DNA of 64,000 bases from Minisyncoccota bacterium. GTDB lineage: Bacteria > Patescibacteriota > Minisyncoccia > Phycocordibacterales > UBA9973. A program made the position numbers and the translations under genes. Numbering within the stretch: position 1 is the first letter of the stretch; every line of letters starts with the position of its first letter. The notes under the pieces were generated by a model. It was not told where the DNA came from. It did no database searches and saw nothing but the letters and a program-made list of their open reading frames with translations. Of this stretch, positions 8,359 through 18,053 are shown in pieces. The stretch is from the NCBI GenBank assembly GCA_028718635.1, contig JAQULK010000001.1, positions 24,626 through 88,625 on the forward strand. The letters run 5' to 3'.

Positions 8359-9726
8359 TTAATTAATTTTCTCTTTAATATAATTTTTTAAATCTACCAC
8401 TTTTATTCTCTCTTGTTTTGCTGTATCTCGATCGCGGACAGTCACAGTGTCGTCTTCCAAAGTATCAAAATCAACCACAATACAAAATGGCGTGCCGATT
8501 TCGTCTTGTCTTCTGTATCGCTTCCCGATGTTGCCATTGTCATCCCAAGCTACTCTTCCAAATTCTTCTTTAAGTAATGCATAAACTTTTGTATTCGCAT
8601 ATTCCACAAGCTCTGGCTTATTTTTTAATAATGGCGAAACAGCACAAATAACTGGCGCAATACTTGGTTTAAGCTTCAAAAATACTCTGACGTCTTTCTC
8701 ACTTGCCCCGTCGGAAGCTTCTTGCTTTCCTTCGGGGTCTTCTGTGTAAGCCGAGACGAGCAATGCCAAGAGCGCGCGCCCCACTCCGAAAGTCGGCTCT
8801 ATGACATGAGGAATAATTTTGGCGCCTTTTTCTTCATCCAAATAATCAAGCTTGTGGTTTTTTAAATCAAAATCTGTCCTATATGCAAGCCCGAAAAGCT
8901 CGCTTCTCCCGAAAGGAAAATCAAATTCAAAATCAATCGTCCGGCTGGAGTAATGCGCTCTGTCTTTTTTGGACACTTCCAATTCGTGGACTTTGTTCAT
9001 ATCGATCCCCACCTCTTCCATCCAATCAAGCATTTCATCTTTCCAATATTCAAAATATTTTTCCCAATCTTCACTCCTAATAAAATATTCTATCTCCATT
9101 TGTTCAAATTCACGGACTCGGAAGATAAAATCGCGGGGATTAATTTCATTTCTGAATGCTTTGCCTATTTGCGCCGTACCAAAAGGAAGTTTGGGATGGA
9201 AAGCATCCACGGTATTTTTGAAATTTACAAACATTCCTTGCGCTGTCTCCGGTCGAAGATAGGAAATTGAGGAAGAATCATCAGCCGCGCCGACTTTCGT
9301 CTGAAACATCATATTGAATTTTTTTTCTTCTCCTAATTTTCCCTTACATTCGGCACATTTTATTTTGTCTTCAATTTGATCGGCTCGGAATTTTTTTCGG
9401 CATTTCTCGCACTCCACCATCGGGTCCGCAAAACCCGCCACGTGGCCAGAGGCTTGCCAGACTTCTTGACGCATCAAGATGGATGCATCAATGCCGTACA
9501 TATCACGGCGAGAATCCACAAATTTTTTCCACCAATTTTGGGTAATATTATTTTTCAAAGCCACTCCAAAATGCCCGAAGTCCCAAGTGCCTCCTAGACC
9601 GCCATAAATTTCTGAACCCTGAAAAATAAACCCTCGTCTTTTACAGAGCGAGACTATTTTTTCCATCAGATTATTCTTTTCTTCCTGCCTGCCGGCAGGC
9701 AGGTCTTTTTTGTTTTCTTCTTTCAT
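8359..9726 (-). CDS. glyQS: Glycyl-tRNA synthetase (alpha2 dimer type)
   Basis: 455 aa; class II aaRS motifs, N-term FQGSEIYGGLGGTWDFGHFG, C-terminal anticodon-binding region. Confidence 0.85.
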   Translation of the reverse strand: MKEENKKDLPAGRQEEKNNLMEKIVSLCKRRGFIFQGSEIYGGLGGTWDFGHFGVALKNNITQNWWKKFVDSRRDMYGIDASILMRQEVWQASGHVAGFADPMVECEKCRKKFRADQIEDKIKCAECKGKLGEEKKFNMMFQTKVGAADDSSSISYLRPETAQGMFVNFKNTVDAFHPKLPFGTAQIGKAFRNEINPRDFIFRVREFEQMEIEYFIRSEDWEKYFEYWKDEMLDWMEEVGIDMNKVHELEVSKKDRAHYSSRTIDFEFDFPFGRSELFGLAYRTDFDLKNHKLDYLDEEKGAKIIPHVIEPTFGVGRALLALLVSAYTEDPEGKQEASDGASEKDVRVFLKLKPSIAPVICAVSPLLKNKPELVEYANTKVYALLKEEFGRVAWDDNGNIGKRYRRQDEIGTPFCIVVDFDTLEDDTVTVRDRDTAKQERIKVVDLKNYIKEKIN

Positions 9727-9738
9727 ATATTCGATTTA

Positions 9739-11670
9739 TTACTTTACGACGACCCCCCCGCCTGCGGGAAAGGCCACATCATTATCGAGTCGGGTGTTAA
9801 GGCCGGCTTTGCTTACTTTAATATCTACATTAGCAAAATCATCATGACCCGTCAAAACTGCTTCATTTATAATGAGTGGAATTGTATCGACTTGAGAAAG
9901 CGAGGGTTTAAAAGAAACTTGGAAAGAGACGCTGCGGGCAGGTTCTGTAATTCCAGAACCTTTAGGTATTCTATCTACGTTCCAAGTAATTTCTCTTGTA
10001 GAATCATTGTATGTCAGATCCTCTCCAGTTGGAGAAATTGGTCCAACAAAAGTCGTCCATGAAGGCAGGGTGGCTTTTACCTGCGCTTTTGAAATACTAT
10101 TAGCGGTATTGGAAAGCGTCCAAACGACAGTGTAAGTAGTAGACTGTTCGGCTTTCGGAGGTATCGGACCAGTGTTGGTAAAAGGTCCCGAATAATAAAG
10201 CGCTTTTCCGGAAAAACCTACATCCGAAATAATGTGCACAACCGCTCCGCTCGAATTATCAAGTTCATTTACGGCAGAACCTTCGGTGGCTTGATTGCCG
10301 GAGATGCTTATATCTATGTTAATAGTTGGATTTGCTAATATTCCATTAGATGCAGAAAACAAAGAAAGCGGAGAAATAGAAAAGGAGACAGAACCAGAAT
10401 CTCCCGGGTTCAATTCCTTTAATTGACTTTGAGAATTTTTATCCCAAGTAATAGTATCTTTAGATGAATCATAAAAACCTCGCTGCGTATTTACAGTGCT
10501 GCGATTAAAAGCATTTCCAGAAATCTTTGCTTTTATTTGCAAGTCATTCACTTTTGTATCTAAATTATTTAAATAACGAATTTCTGCCTTGATTGGCGTC
10601 TTTGTATCTACCGCATATTCTGTCTGGGATACGCCATTAATAAAAATATTCGCTTCAATAAAGGGTTTCTTAATCATCACAATATTCTTTATAGAATTTA
10701 AAACAACATCAATGACAGATTTGTCTGTACTGGATTGCGAACCGCTTGAAATATTAAAAGTTTTCTCTTCCCCGTCGAAAACGCCGACCATTTTCCCAGT
10801 GATAGTAATATCGTGCTCTGCTCCGGGCGCAAGATCACCCAAGTCCCAAACATTGTTGCCAAAAGAGGGTGCGGGCGTAGAATTTCCAAAAACAAATCCG
10901 AAAGGATAATCAGCTTTAACGAGTATATTAGAAATTGTTTTAGTAGCGTTTAGCGTAGCTTTGACATTCAGTGTAATGTCTTGATTGGGGCTGATCGAAA
11001 GAGGAGCATCTACTCCCAGATTTATCGGAGTGGAAGTTATATTCACTTTGAAATCTTTTTCTTTTACAAAAATGGCATTGGAGCCCGCTACTCTATACTC
11101 AAGACTTATTTTTATCGGGCGAATGCTTCCCTGTTCTCCAAAAAGAACTAATTTTACATTTTCATTGCGAGCCGCTCCAGCTGGAATCTCTCCGAGCGAA
11201 GTGCGAAAATGCTCGGCATCAGAAGACAGATCAATGTCTCCTCCTTTGGGATATTCCATAACAAGATCTGCTAATTCTAGTGCAGTAGTGTTTCTGTTTA
11301 CAATTCCTACAACTAGAGAAAGTTCTTCACCCCCGGCTGTAAAATTATTTCCTAGAATGGAAATATCTATATTGTTGTTGGAAACGGTGTTCCCCCCAAC
11401 AAAAAATACATAACCGGCATAACCCAAGGTTAAAACAAAAAAAACTATTGAAAAAATAAAAAATTTCTTAAATCTGGATGTTTTCATAAAAAACTTATTT
11501 TCGTCTTCAGATTCAATTTCTTCTTTTGTTTCCCAAGAATCTGACGCTTCATTTTTATATAAGTTGGAAAACACATCTCGATGCTCTATTTTAGTCTGAT
11601 AATTCTTGCTAAAAAGCTTGCTTTTTAAGTCTTCAATCTTATTGAGCTTTTTCATGTCATCTAATGGCAT
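9739..11670 (-). CDS. Hypothetical membrane-anchored protein with large Ser/Thr/Asn-rich extracytoplasmic domain
   Basis: 643 aa; single N-terminal TM helix (FFIFSIVFFVLTLGYAGYVFFV) after an acidic cytoplasmic segment; no recognisable catalytic motif. Confidence 0.4.
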   Translation of the reverse strand: MPLDDMKKLNKIEDLKSKLFSKNYQTKIEHRDVFSNLYKNEASDSWETKEEIESEDENKFFMKTSRFKKFFIFSIVFFVLTLGYAGYVFFVGGNTVSNNNIDISILGNNFTAGGEELSLVVGIVNRNTTALELADLVMEYPKGGDIDLSSDAEHFRTSLGEIPAGAARNENVKLVLFGEQGSIRPIKISLEYRVAGSNAIFVKEKDFKVNITSTPINLGVDAPLSISPNQDITLNVKATLNATKTISNILVKADYPFGFVFGNSTPAPSFGNNVWDLGDLAPGAEHDITITGKMVGVFDGEEKTFNISSGSQSSTDKSVIDVVLNSIKNIVMIKKPFIEANIFINGVSQTEYAVDTKTPIKAEIRYLNNLDTKVNDLQIKAKISGNAFNRSTVNTQRGFYDSSKDTITWDKNSQSQLKELNPGDSGSVSFSISPLSLFSASNGILANPTINIDISISGNQATEGSAVNELDNSSGAVVHIISDVGFSGKALYYSGPFTNTGPIPPKAEQSTTYTVVWTLSNTANSISKAQVKATLPSWTTFVGPISPTGEDLTYNDSTREITWNVDRIPKGSGITEPARSVSFQVSFKPSLSQVDTIPLIINEAVLTGHDDFANVDIKVSKAGLNTRLDNDVAFPAGGGVVVK

Positions 11671-11691
11671 ATATTGGATTGTAACATTTTT

Positions 11692-12270
11692 TTACAAATG
11701 AGTCTCCTTGAGAGCTTTGTTTATTTGATGCAATACCTCAGGTCTTGATTTGGAAATTTCAAACACTAAATTTTCTTCAAATGGAGATTTGATAAGGTTT
11801 TGCAACACTTCATTTTCTCCGATGTATCCCAAATTGTTGAGGATGCGCAAAACAATAATAGCTTCGAGGTTTCTTAGGTCATTAGTTCCTGCTTTTTCTA
11901 AAACAGAAAGTCCATTTATCAAATCGGCAAACAAAGCTTCATTGGGCTCGATGCCGGCAAGCAATCTTCTTAATAAGGAAGCAATATTGGAAAAAACTTC
12001 AAAAGTTTTAGGATTTTTGGTAAGGTGTTCTAAGGCATTTGTTTTTGAAGCGCTGGTGACTCTCCAGAAATTCAACCCTTGCACAAGGTCAATTTTTACA
12101 TAAGCAAAATCTTGCAAAACGAAACGTAGTTTGGAAGATATTTTCCTCACGCCTTGAGCCGTGGCATATATCATGCCTAGATCGCGAGTAAAAATATAAT
12201 AATACCTCCCCGCTTCGCCAGAATTTTTGCTACCTAATATTATCCCCTCCGTGTGATAAATGTGATGCAT
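11692..12270 (-). CDS. recO: DNA repair protein RecO (short)
   Basis: 192 aa; N-terminal OB-fold region TEGIILGSKNSGEAGRYYYIFTRDLGMIYATAQGVRK resembles RecO N-domain. Confidence 0.5.
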   Translation of the reverse strand: MHHIYHTEGIILGSKNSGEAGRYYYIFTRDLGMIYATAQGVRKISSKLRFVLQDFAYVKIDLVQGLNFWRVTSASKTNALEHLTKNPKTFEVFSNIASLLRRLLAGIEPNEALFADLINGLSVLEKAGTNDLRNLEAIIVLRILNNLGYIGENEVLQNLIKSPFEENLVFEISKSRPEVLHQINKALKETHL

Positions 12271-12911
12271 TAAAATTCCTCTTCGTTATTTTTTTCAAAA
12301 TTTTTGAATGCTATATTGGCTACGCTTATTAAATATATTTCTGGAACTCTGTGTGAACTGCCAAAATGGTTTAGCATCCCGTCGTGCACAGGAAAACATA
12401 CTTTTGGATTTATGCTTAAAGCATAATTAACGGCATTCTTGATATTAGCCCAAGGGCCCGCCACAGGCAATGCCAAAATCTCAACCGGTTTGCCAGGATT
12501 GCAAAAAGAATCTCCGGGATAAAAGAATCTTTTATCAATAAAATATCCCGTATTTAATACCTGCCCAAAATCCTGATAAATCTCTTCGTGTTTGCAATCG
12601 CAAGCTTCTATTTCTACCCCGGAAAAATCTTTTAAGGTTTTATCTTTCAAGACTTCATATTTAATTCCCGCTTTTTTCAATAATTTTCCAACTCCGTCAT
12701 TTGTAATAATAATAACATTTGGATTATTTTTTATAATTTCTTTCAATGATTCAACATGGATGTGATCTCCATGTTCGTGAGTTATTAAAATTAAATCTAC
12801 ATTTTTCTCTTGCATGTGCTCTTTTTCGGTATAAAAACCCGGATCAGTCATTATCTTTTTGCCATTCGTCTCTACCACCAAGCAACAATGCCCAAGTTTT
12901 TTGATTTTCAT
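12270..12911 (-). CDS. MBL-fold metallo-hydrolase
   Basis: 213 aa; HEHGDHI (HxHxDH) metal-binding motif; overlaps recO start and ileS stop by 1-4 nt (operon). Confidence 0.6.
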   Translation of the reverse strand: MKIKKLGHCCLVVETNGKKIMTDPGFYTEKEHMQEKNVDLILITHEHGDHIHVESLKEIIKNNPNVIIITNDGVGKLLKKAGIKYEVLKDKTLKDFSGVEIEACDCKHEEIYQDFGQVLNTGYFIDKRFFYPGDSFCNPGKPVEILALPVAGPWANIKNAVNYALSINPKVCFPVHDGMLNHFGSSHRVPEIYLISVANIAFKNFEKNNEEEF

Positions 12912-15900
12912 TTATTTATTTTATCAATTCTTACCTTAAAATACAATTCATCGATTTTTACCTCTTCCCCGTCATTTTCTTTTAACTGAATTTCCTTTGC
13001 AATTACAGCTTTTTTCAACTTTTCCTCAAAATTTTGGATGAATTTTTTACCAATATCTGAAGTTTGAACAATAAGCCTGATAAATTCACTAGGAGTTAAT
13101 CCTTTCTTCTTTCTAAAATCTTGAATTGCTCGCACAAGCTCTCGATAATCCCCCTCTTGTTTCAACTCTGAAGTGATGTTTATATCAAGCTCTACTTCGT
13201 TCTCTATATTTTTATTTTCTATAACTTCTTTTACATTTAATTCATCCTTTATAAGTTCAACATATTCTTGGTCTAAATTAAAATCTTTAATTTCTAATTT
13301 GCTAAGCGGTTGACGAACTTTTATCCCTGCTTTTTGTCTCGCCTCCAGACCTTGAGTTACAATTCTTCTTGTAATTTGCATATTTTTTACAACTTCGGGT
13401 TGAAAACTAAGTTCAGAAACAACAGGCCACTCTGCCAAATGCACGCTTCCTCCATCGCCTTCTGTTTTTAATTTCAACCAAATATCTTCGGCTGTGAATG
13501 GCGCAAAAGGTGCTAAAATTTTAACAAGAGTTTCTAATATATAATACAAAGTTTGCCTTGCCTCTTTGTCTCCATTCTTAATTCTTTCTCGTGAACGACG
13601 CAAGTACCAAGTAGAAAGATCTCCGATAAAATCTTTAATTGCTCTCACTGGTTCGAGCAATTTGTAATCGTCCATCTTTTTTGTAGATTCACTAATCAAT
13701 TCATCCAACCGCGCCAAAATCCAAATATCAAGAACGTTAGACCTCACCCCCTCGCCCCTCTCCTTATTAAGGAGAGGGGTTGGGGAGAGGTGAATTGTCT
13801 CTAAGTCTTTATCTCTATACAGTTCATAAAACGCCAGCACATTGTAAAGCAACCCAAAAACCTGGCTGTAAAGCAGGGCAACTGTCTTCTCATCAAAGTT
13901 TTTTGATTCCCCTGGCTGGTTTACTGAATACATCCAAAGACGCAAGGTGTCCACTCCGTATTTTTCTATCATTTCCCAAGGATCAACAATATTACCGAGG
14001 GATTTAGACATTTTTTTACCAACAGCATCCATCAAATGTCCGAGACAAATTACATTTTTGTATGCCTTTCCTCTCCCCATAAGGATACCAACAGCGTGTA
14101 AAGTATAAAACCATCCGCGAGTCTGGTCTATCGCTTCTGAAATAAAATCTGCGGGGTATAAAATCTTGGTCTCCTTAAATGGGTAATTATCTTGCGCAAA
14201 TGGCATACATCCGGAATCAAACCAGACATCCATCACCTCGCGAGTGCGTATCAGTTTGCCACCACATGCTTGCCCTGAGCCCACCCGATGGGCACAAATT
14301 AAATTTACTTCATCAATATATGGCTTGTGTAAATCAAGTTCAAAGTCTGCATTGTGAGGAAATGGAACAAATGGCAGCTCGCGAACTTCGGCATTATTAA
14401 ATTGCCTAAATTCTTTCACAAATGCTTCTGTGTTTGGAAAATGATAAGGCTTGTCATCAGGAGTAAACAATCCGGCGTTTACAAATAAAAGCCATGCGGG
14501 TCCACCATGTGTCACAATTATGATATTTTTATTTTTGTATTTATTTTCAAGCTCGCATAATACTGCTCCAGTACGACACGCTACCTCCGCAAAAGATTCC
14601 CCATTTGGAATTTTATGATGGAACCATCCATTGCTAATCGAAAGAACATATTTATGATATTCACTCCATAACTTTCCATCAAAATCCCCAGGGTTAAATT
14701 CCTGCAATCTATCATCAAAAATTATTTGTTCATCCTTGAGATGAAGTTTTTCGTTCAAAATATTTACTGTTTGTCTTGTGCGAGTAAAAGGAGACGAAAT
14801 AATTAAATCAATTTTTTCACTAAGAATTTTTTTAGCAACCTCTGTTACTTGTTTCTGACCTTCTGGACTCAAACTGTCATCAATTTGGTTCTTGAAACTT
14901 ACGAGACCAGCCAAGTTAGCTTCAGTTCCACCATGCCGCATCACAAAATATTTATTCCCAGACTTTTTGGTTTTATTTTTTAAGTCTTCAATGCTTCCGA
15001 TGACATCCACTCTTTTACAGGATTCGCAAATCCAAACTGGCAGGGGTGTTCCCCAATACCGCTCGCGAGAGATCGCCCAATCTTTAATTTCACGAAGCCA
15101 TTCTCCAAAACGACCATCCCGAATATGCGCCGGTTCCCAGTTTATTTCTTTATTCTCAGCTATCATTTTTTCTTTTATTTTTGGATCAGAGACTTTTATA
15201 TACCAAGAATCCCGGGCATAATAAATAAGCGCCGTATGGCAGCGCCAACAATGCGGATAGGAATGTTCATATTTTTCTTTTTTTAATAAAAGCCCACGAT
15301 GCGCTAAATCTTTTATCACATCCACAGCCACATCTTCGTCGCGTACAAATCTGCCTTCAAATATTCCTGTACCCGGTAAAAATTTTCCGTCTAGACCGAC
15401 GAGATGGTGCTTCGGCAAACCAACCTTCGTGCCAAGTTCAAAATCATCCTGCCCATACATCACTGCCGTATGCACTACTCCAGTACCGTCTGCGGTCGTC
15501 ACAAAATCCGCTCCGTAAACCTTAAAGGCTTTTTCTAATTTAGGTTTTTCATTTTCAGAAATTGTGTCCTTTAAATATGGATATAATGACTCATATTCAA
15601 GACCAATTAAATCTTTACCTTTTATCTCCTTGAGTATCTTGTATTCTCCATCTATTACGGAAAGTCTTTCTTTGGCCAAAATTAAAAATTCTTTTTCTAT
15701 TTCTATTTTTACATAATCAATATCTTCCCCCACAGCCAAAGCCACATTCCCCGGCAAAGTCCATGGAGTAGTGGTCCAAGCGAGAATGTAGGTGTTGGCG
15801 GAAATGTTACTTTTGCGGGGTGTCTCGCAGGCTGACGAGCCGAGAGGCAGCGCTCCGTCAGCAGACGGAGACAGCGACCCTGCAGAAGTAATGTTTCCGC

Positions 15901-16546
15901 TTAACACTCTAAACTTCACATACACCGATAAATCTTTTACATCTTCATATCCCTGCGCCAGCTCGTGCGAAGACAAAGCTGTTCCACAACGCGGACACCA
16001 AGGCACAACTTTATAATCTTTATAAAGTAAATTCTGTTTATTTATTTCTTTAACAACATTCCAAACAGATTCGATATATTCATTGTGATACGTCACATAT
16101 GGATGCTCTTGATCCACCCAATATCCGATGCGATGAGTAAATTTATTCCAAACATCCAAATATTCCCAAACGCTTTCTTTGCATTCTTGATTGAATTTGG
16201 CAACTCCATATTCTTCAATCGCTTTCTTAGAATTCAACCCAAGTTTTTTTTCTACTTGAAGTTCTACTGGCAACCCGTGGGTGTCCCATCCGCCTTTTCT
16301 CCGCACATGAAAACCTTGCATAGTTTTGTATCTGGGAATTGCGTCCTTGAATGCTCTAGCTTCCAGATGATGAATGCCTGGCTTGCCATTGGCCGTCGGC
16401 GGACCTTCAAAAAAAACAAATTCTCCTTGAGGCGACTTTTTTGCCAGAGATTTCTCAAAAGTTTTATTTTCTTTCCAAAACTCCAAAATCTTCTCTTCGC
16501 GCAAAGCTGATTCGCTTTTTTTATTTTGTATATTTTTTTCTTCCAT
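12908..16546 (-). CDS. ileS: Isoleucyl-tRNA synthetase (eukaryote-like type 2) with an inserted histidine-phosphatase (PGAM-like, RHG) domain and two GC-rich in-frame insertions; likely start at ATG 16544-16546 (MEEKNIQNKK)
   Basis: GPPTANGKPGIHH (HIGH-type), editing-domain WTTTPWTLPGN, DWAISRERYWGTPLP, KMSKSLGN; between the zinc knuckle ICESC and HKPYIDE lies VMRHGGTEANLAG...IIIVTHGGPAWLL, the RHG...HG signature of histidine phosphatases. Confidence 0.9.
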   Translation of the reverse strand: MEEKNIQNKKSESALREEKILEFWKENKTFEKSLAKKSPQGEFVFFEGPPTANGKPGIHHLEARAFKDAIPRYKTMQGFHVRRKGGWDTHGLPVELQVEKKLGLNSKKAIEEYGVAKFNQECKESVWEYLDVWNKFTHRIGYWVDQEHPYVTYHNEYIESVWNVVKEINKQNLLYKDYKVVPWCPRCGTALSSHELAQGYEDVKDLSVYVKFRVLSGNITSAGSLSPSADGALPLGSSACETPRKSNISANTYILAWTTTPWTLPGNVALAVGEDIDYVKIEIEKEFLILAKERLSVIDGEYKILKEIKGKDLIGLEYESLYPYLKDTISENEKPKLEKAFKVYGADFVTTADGTGVVHTAVMYGQDDFELGTKVGLPKHHLVGLDGKFLPGTGIFEGRFVRDEDVAVDVIKDLAHRGLLLKKEKYEHSYPHCWRCHTALIYYARDSWYIKVSDPKIKEKMIAENKEINWEPAHIRDGRFGEWLREIKDWAISRERYWGTPLPVWICESCKRVDVIGSIEDLKNKTKKSGNKYFVMRHGGTEANLAGLVSFKNQIDDSLSPEGQKQVTEVAKKILSEKIDLIISSPFTRTRQTVNILNEKLHLKDEQIIFDDRLQEFNPGDFDGKLWSEYHKYVLSISNGWFHHKIPNGESFAEVACRTGAVLCELENKYKNKNIIIVTHGGPAWLLFVNAGLFTPDDKPYHFPNTEAFVKEFRQFNNAEVRELPFVPFPHNADFELDLHKPYIDEVNLICAHRVGSGQACGGKLIRTREVMDVWFDSGCMPFAQDNYPFKETKILYPADFISEAIDQTRGWFYTLHAVGILMGRGKAYKNVICLGHLMDAVGKKMSKSLGNIVDPWEMIEKYGVDTLRLWMYSVNQPGESKNFDEKTVALLYSQVFGLLYNVLAFYELYRDKDLETIHLSPTPLLNKERGEGVRSNVLDIWILARLDELISESTKKMDDYKLLEPVRAIKDFIGDLSTWYLRRSRERIKNGDKEARQTLYYILETLVKILAPFAPFTAEDIWLKLKTEGDGGSVHLAEWPVVSELSFQPEVVKNMQITRRIVTQGLEARQKAGIKVRQPLSKLEIKDFNLDQEYVELIKDELNVKEVIENKNIENEVELDINITSELKQEGDYRELVRAIQDFRKKKGLTPSEFIRLIVQTSDIGKKFIQNFEEKLKKAVIAKEIQLKENDGEEVKIDELYFKVRIDKINK
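13742..13797. repeat. Family P full-length nested palindrome, in-frame inside ileS
   Basis: CCTCACCCCCTCGCCCCTCTCCTTATTAAGGAGAGGGGTTGGGGAGAGGTGAATT; encodes ...LTSPQPLSLIRRGARG... segment of IleRS. Confidence 0.75.
15817..15888. other. Second GC-rich hairpin-containing in-frame insertion in ileS editing domain
   Basis: GCTGACGAGCCGAGAGGCAGCGCTCCGTCAGC nested in GCAGG...CCTGC; encodes SGNITSAGSLSPSADGALPLGSSACETPRKSN absent from canonical IleRS. Confidence 0.5.
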
Positions 16547-16760
16547 AATTTTGTATTTTAAAAAATAAAACCCGTCCTCATGCAAATAAAAATAATTGCA
16601 CAAGGACGGGCTTCGCCGTGGTACCACCTTGCTTTTTACCCGCCTTTGGCGGGGCTTCTCATTTAAAGGGTTCTACTTTATTGCTAGGTCTTGCCTAGCA
16701 ATATTTCTTCCCAAAGCTCCGAGGCGATACCCTCTTCAACGCTTACTATTACAATATAAC
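16547..16760 (-). promoter_or_regulatory. T-box-like riboswitch leader of ileS (T-box sequence + intrinsic terminator/antiterminator)
   Basis: Minus-strand RNA reads ...GCAAGGUGGUACCACGGCGAAG (T-box consensus AGGGUGGNACCGCGG) immediately followed by hairpin CCCGUCCUUGUGCAAUUAUUUUUAUUUGCAUGAGGACGGG + UUUUAUUUUUU, then ATG of ileS about 25 nt downstream. Confidence 0.55.
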
Positions 16761-16775
16761 ATAAAATACAAAAAT

Positions 16776-17375
16776 TTAAAGCAATTCTTCATTTATTTCA
16801 AGAAATTCTTTTTTATCTTTTTTTCTTAGAAGTTCCAATCGCTCCGGATTTATTTTCCCTTCCAAAAACCCTAGCTTATGACTTAATTCCTCTGTTTCAA
16901 AGGTTATGTTTTTACTTAAAAGATCGATATATCTACACAAAAAATTAAACTCGGTTTTAATAATTTCTTTATCTGAATCCGTCAGTTCCTTTCTCCTCTT
17001 CACCCTCTCTACCCGACCTAAAATTGTCACGTCTTGACTAAACAAAATATCTTTTACGCTACTATTTGGTATTATTTTTTTACTTCCTAATTTTTCTGTA
17101 TACGCCCATATTTTATTAGCAAGACTAACACTAGCTCCATCTTCGCCGACAGCTTCATCTATTATTTTATAATTTTCTGGAAGACTTAATTTTCCAACCA
17201 TTTCATCTAAAAATCCCATCATTTTAGATTTTTCTGTGCTATTCTCGAGCATTTCTTTATGTAATGATTTTTCAGGAGAACGATCAAGATTTCTTTGTCC
17301 GCCAAGATTAAACTCTGGATTTTTTGATTTTCCAATATGTCCGCTACTTTCTATGTTTTGTCCGAAATTTTTCAT
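16776..17375 (-). CDS. Hypothetical protein
   Basis: 199 aa ORF, no recognisable motif. Confidence 0.35.
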   Translation of the reverse strand: MKNFGQNIESSGHIGKSKNPEFNLGGQRNLDRSPEKSLHKEMLENSTEKSKMMGFLDEMVGKLSLPENYKIIDEAVGEDGASVSLANKIWAYTEKLGSKKIIPNSSVKDILFSQDVTILGRVERVKRRKELTDSDKEIIKTEFNFLCRYIDLLSKNITFETEELSHKLGFLEGKINPERLELLRKKDKKEFLEINEELL

Positions 17376-17591
17376 AAATTTTTACCACGATTTTTATTAA
17401 AAAACTTATAAAAAGTGTAGCATAAACCACCTCAACGGCTCAAGTTGCGGGAATTGAGCCGTTCCTGTTTAAATTGCCTTTATCAAAGCCTTGCTTTGGC
17501 GAAAACCTAATTACCATAGCAAAGACTTTTTTGGTAAGAATTAGAAATAAGTTTACACCAGCTCGTATCACCTTTATTTGCACCCATATTT

Positions 17592-17855
17592 CTATTTTTT
17601 AAATAAATAACTCCAAGCAATGAAACTGATAATGGCAACAAGGACTATGGGTGTTATGGCTAAGAACAACAAACCGAAGTTGACATTGAAAAAGAATCCA
17701 CTAGAGTCATCCCAAGTTAGTAACATTAAAAAAATTCCGATGGAAGCAATTATTATTAAGATTTTAATATAAAGATGACGCTTTGCTTTGTCTCTAAATA
17801 GTAAAAAAACAGATAAAAGAAATGAAATACTTGAAAAAAATATCGTTAAAACCAA
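17592..17855 (-). CDS. Small hypothetical membrane protein
   Basis: 87 aa, two hydrophobic helices. Confidence 0.3.
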   Translation of the reverse strand: MVLTIFFSSISFLLSVFLLFRDKAKRHLYIKILIIIASIGIFLMLLTWDDSSGFFFNVNFGLLFLAITPIVLVAIISFIAWSYLFKK

Positions 17856-18053
17856 GCCCCATTTTTGGTAAGGGGCAATACAACTACTAAAAGTTGAAAA
17901 GAAAAGTTTTTCGCTACATATATACCTATAAAAAAAAAGAATGTTCTAAAAAATATGTAAACAACCCAAGAATTGCAGAAATAATAGAAACTAAAGCTAT
18001 ATTCCTTGGTTTAAAACTTAGAAACTTTTCTTTTATATAAAAAAGAATGTTCA

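Noticed and set aside
14000-14650. Intein in IleRS as explanation for the extra about 170 residues
   Set aside because: No intein junction residues (Cys/Ser at N-junction, His-Asn-Cys/Ser/Thr at C-junction) or homing-endonuclease motifs. Instead a clear RHG/HG histidine-phosphatase signature is present.
16547-16627. ORF-track N-terminal extension of ileS (MVPRRSPSLCNYFYLHEDGFYFLKYKIM, non-ATG start)
   Set aside because: It overlaps the T-box-like leader and terminator hairpin. The internal ATG (16544-16546, MEEKNIQNKK) right after the terminator is the more plausible start.
17376-17591. Possible small structured RNA in the 216-bp spacer (10-bp hairpin AACGGCTCAA...TTGAGCCGTT and neighbouring stems)
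   Set aside because: Could not match to SRP, tmRNA, RNase P, 6S or any riboswitch consensus by eye. Retained only as an uncalled intergenic hairpin region.
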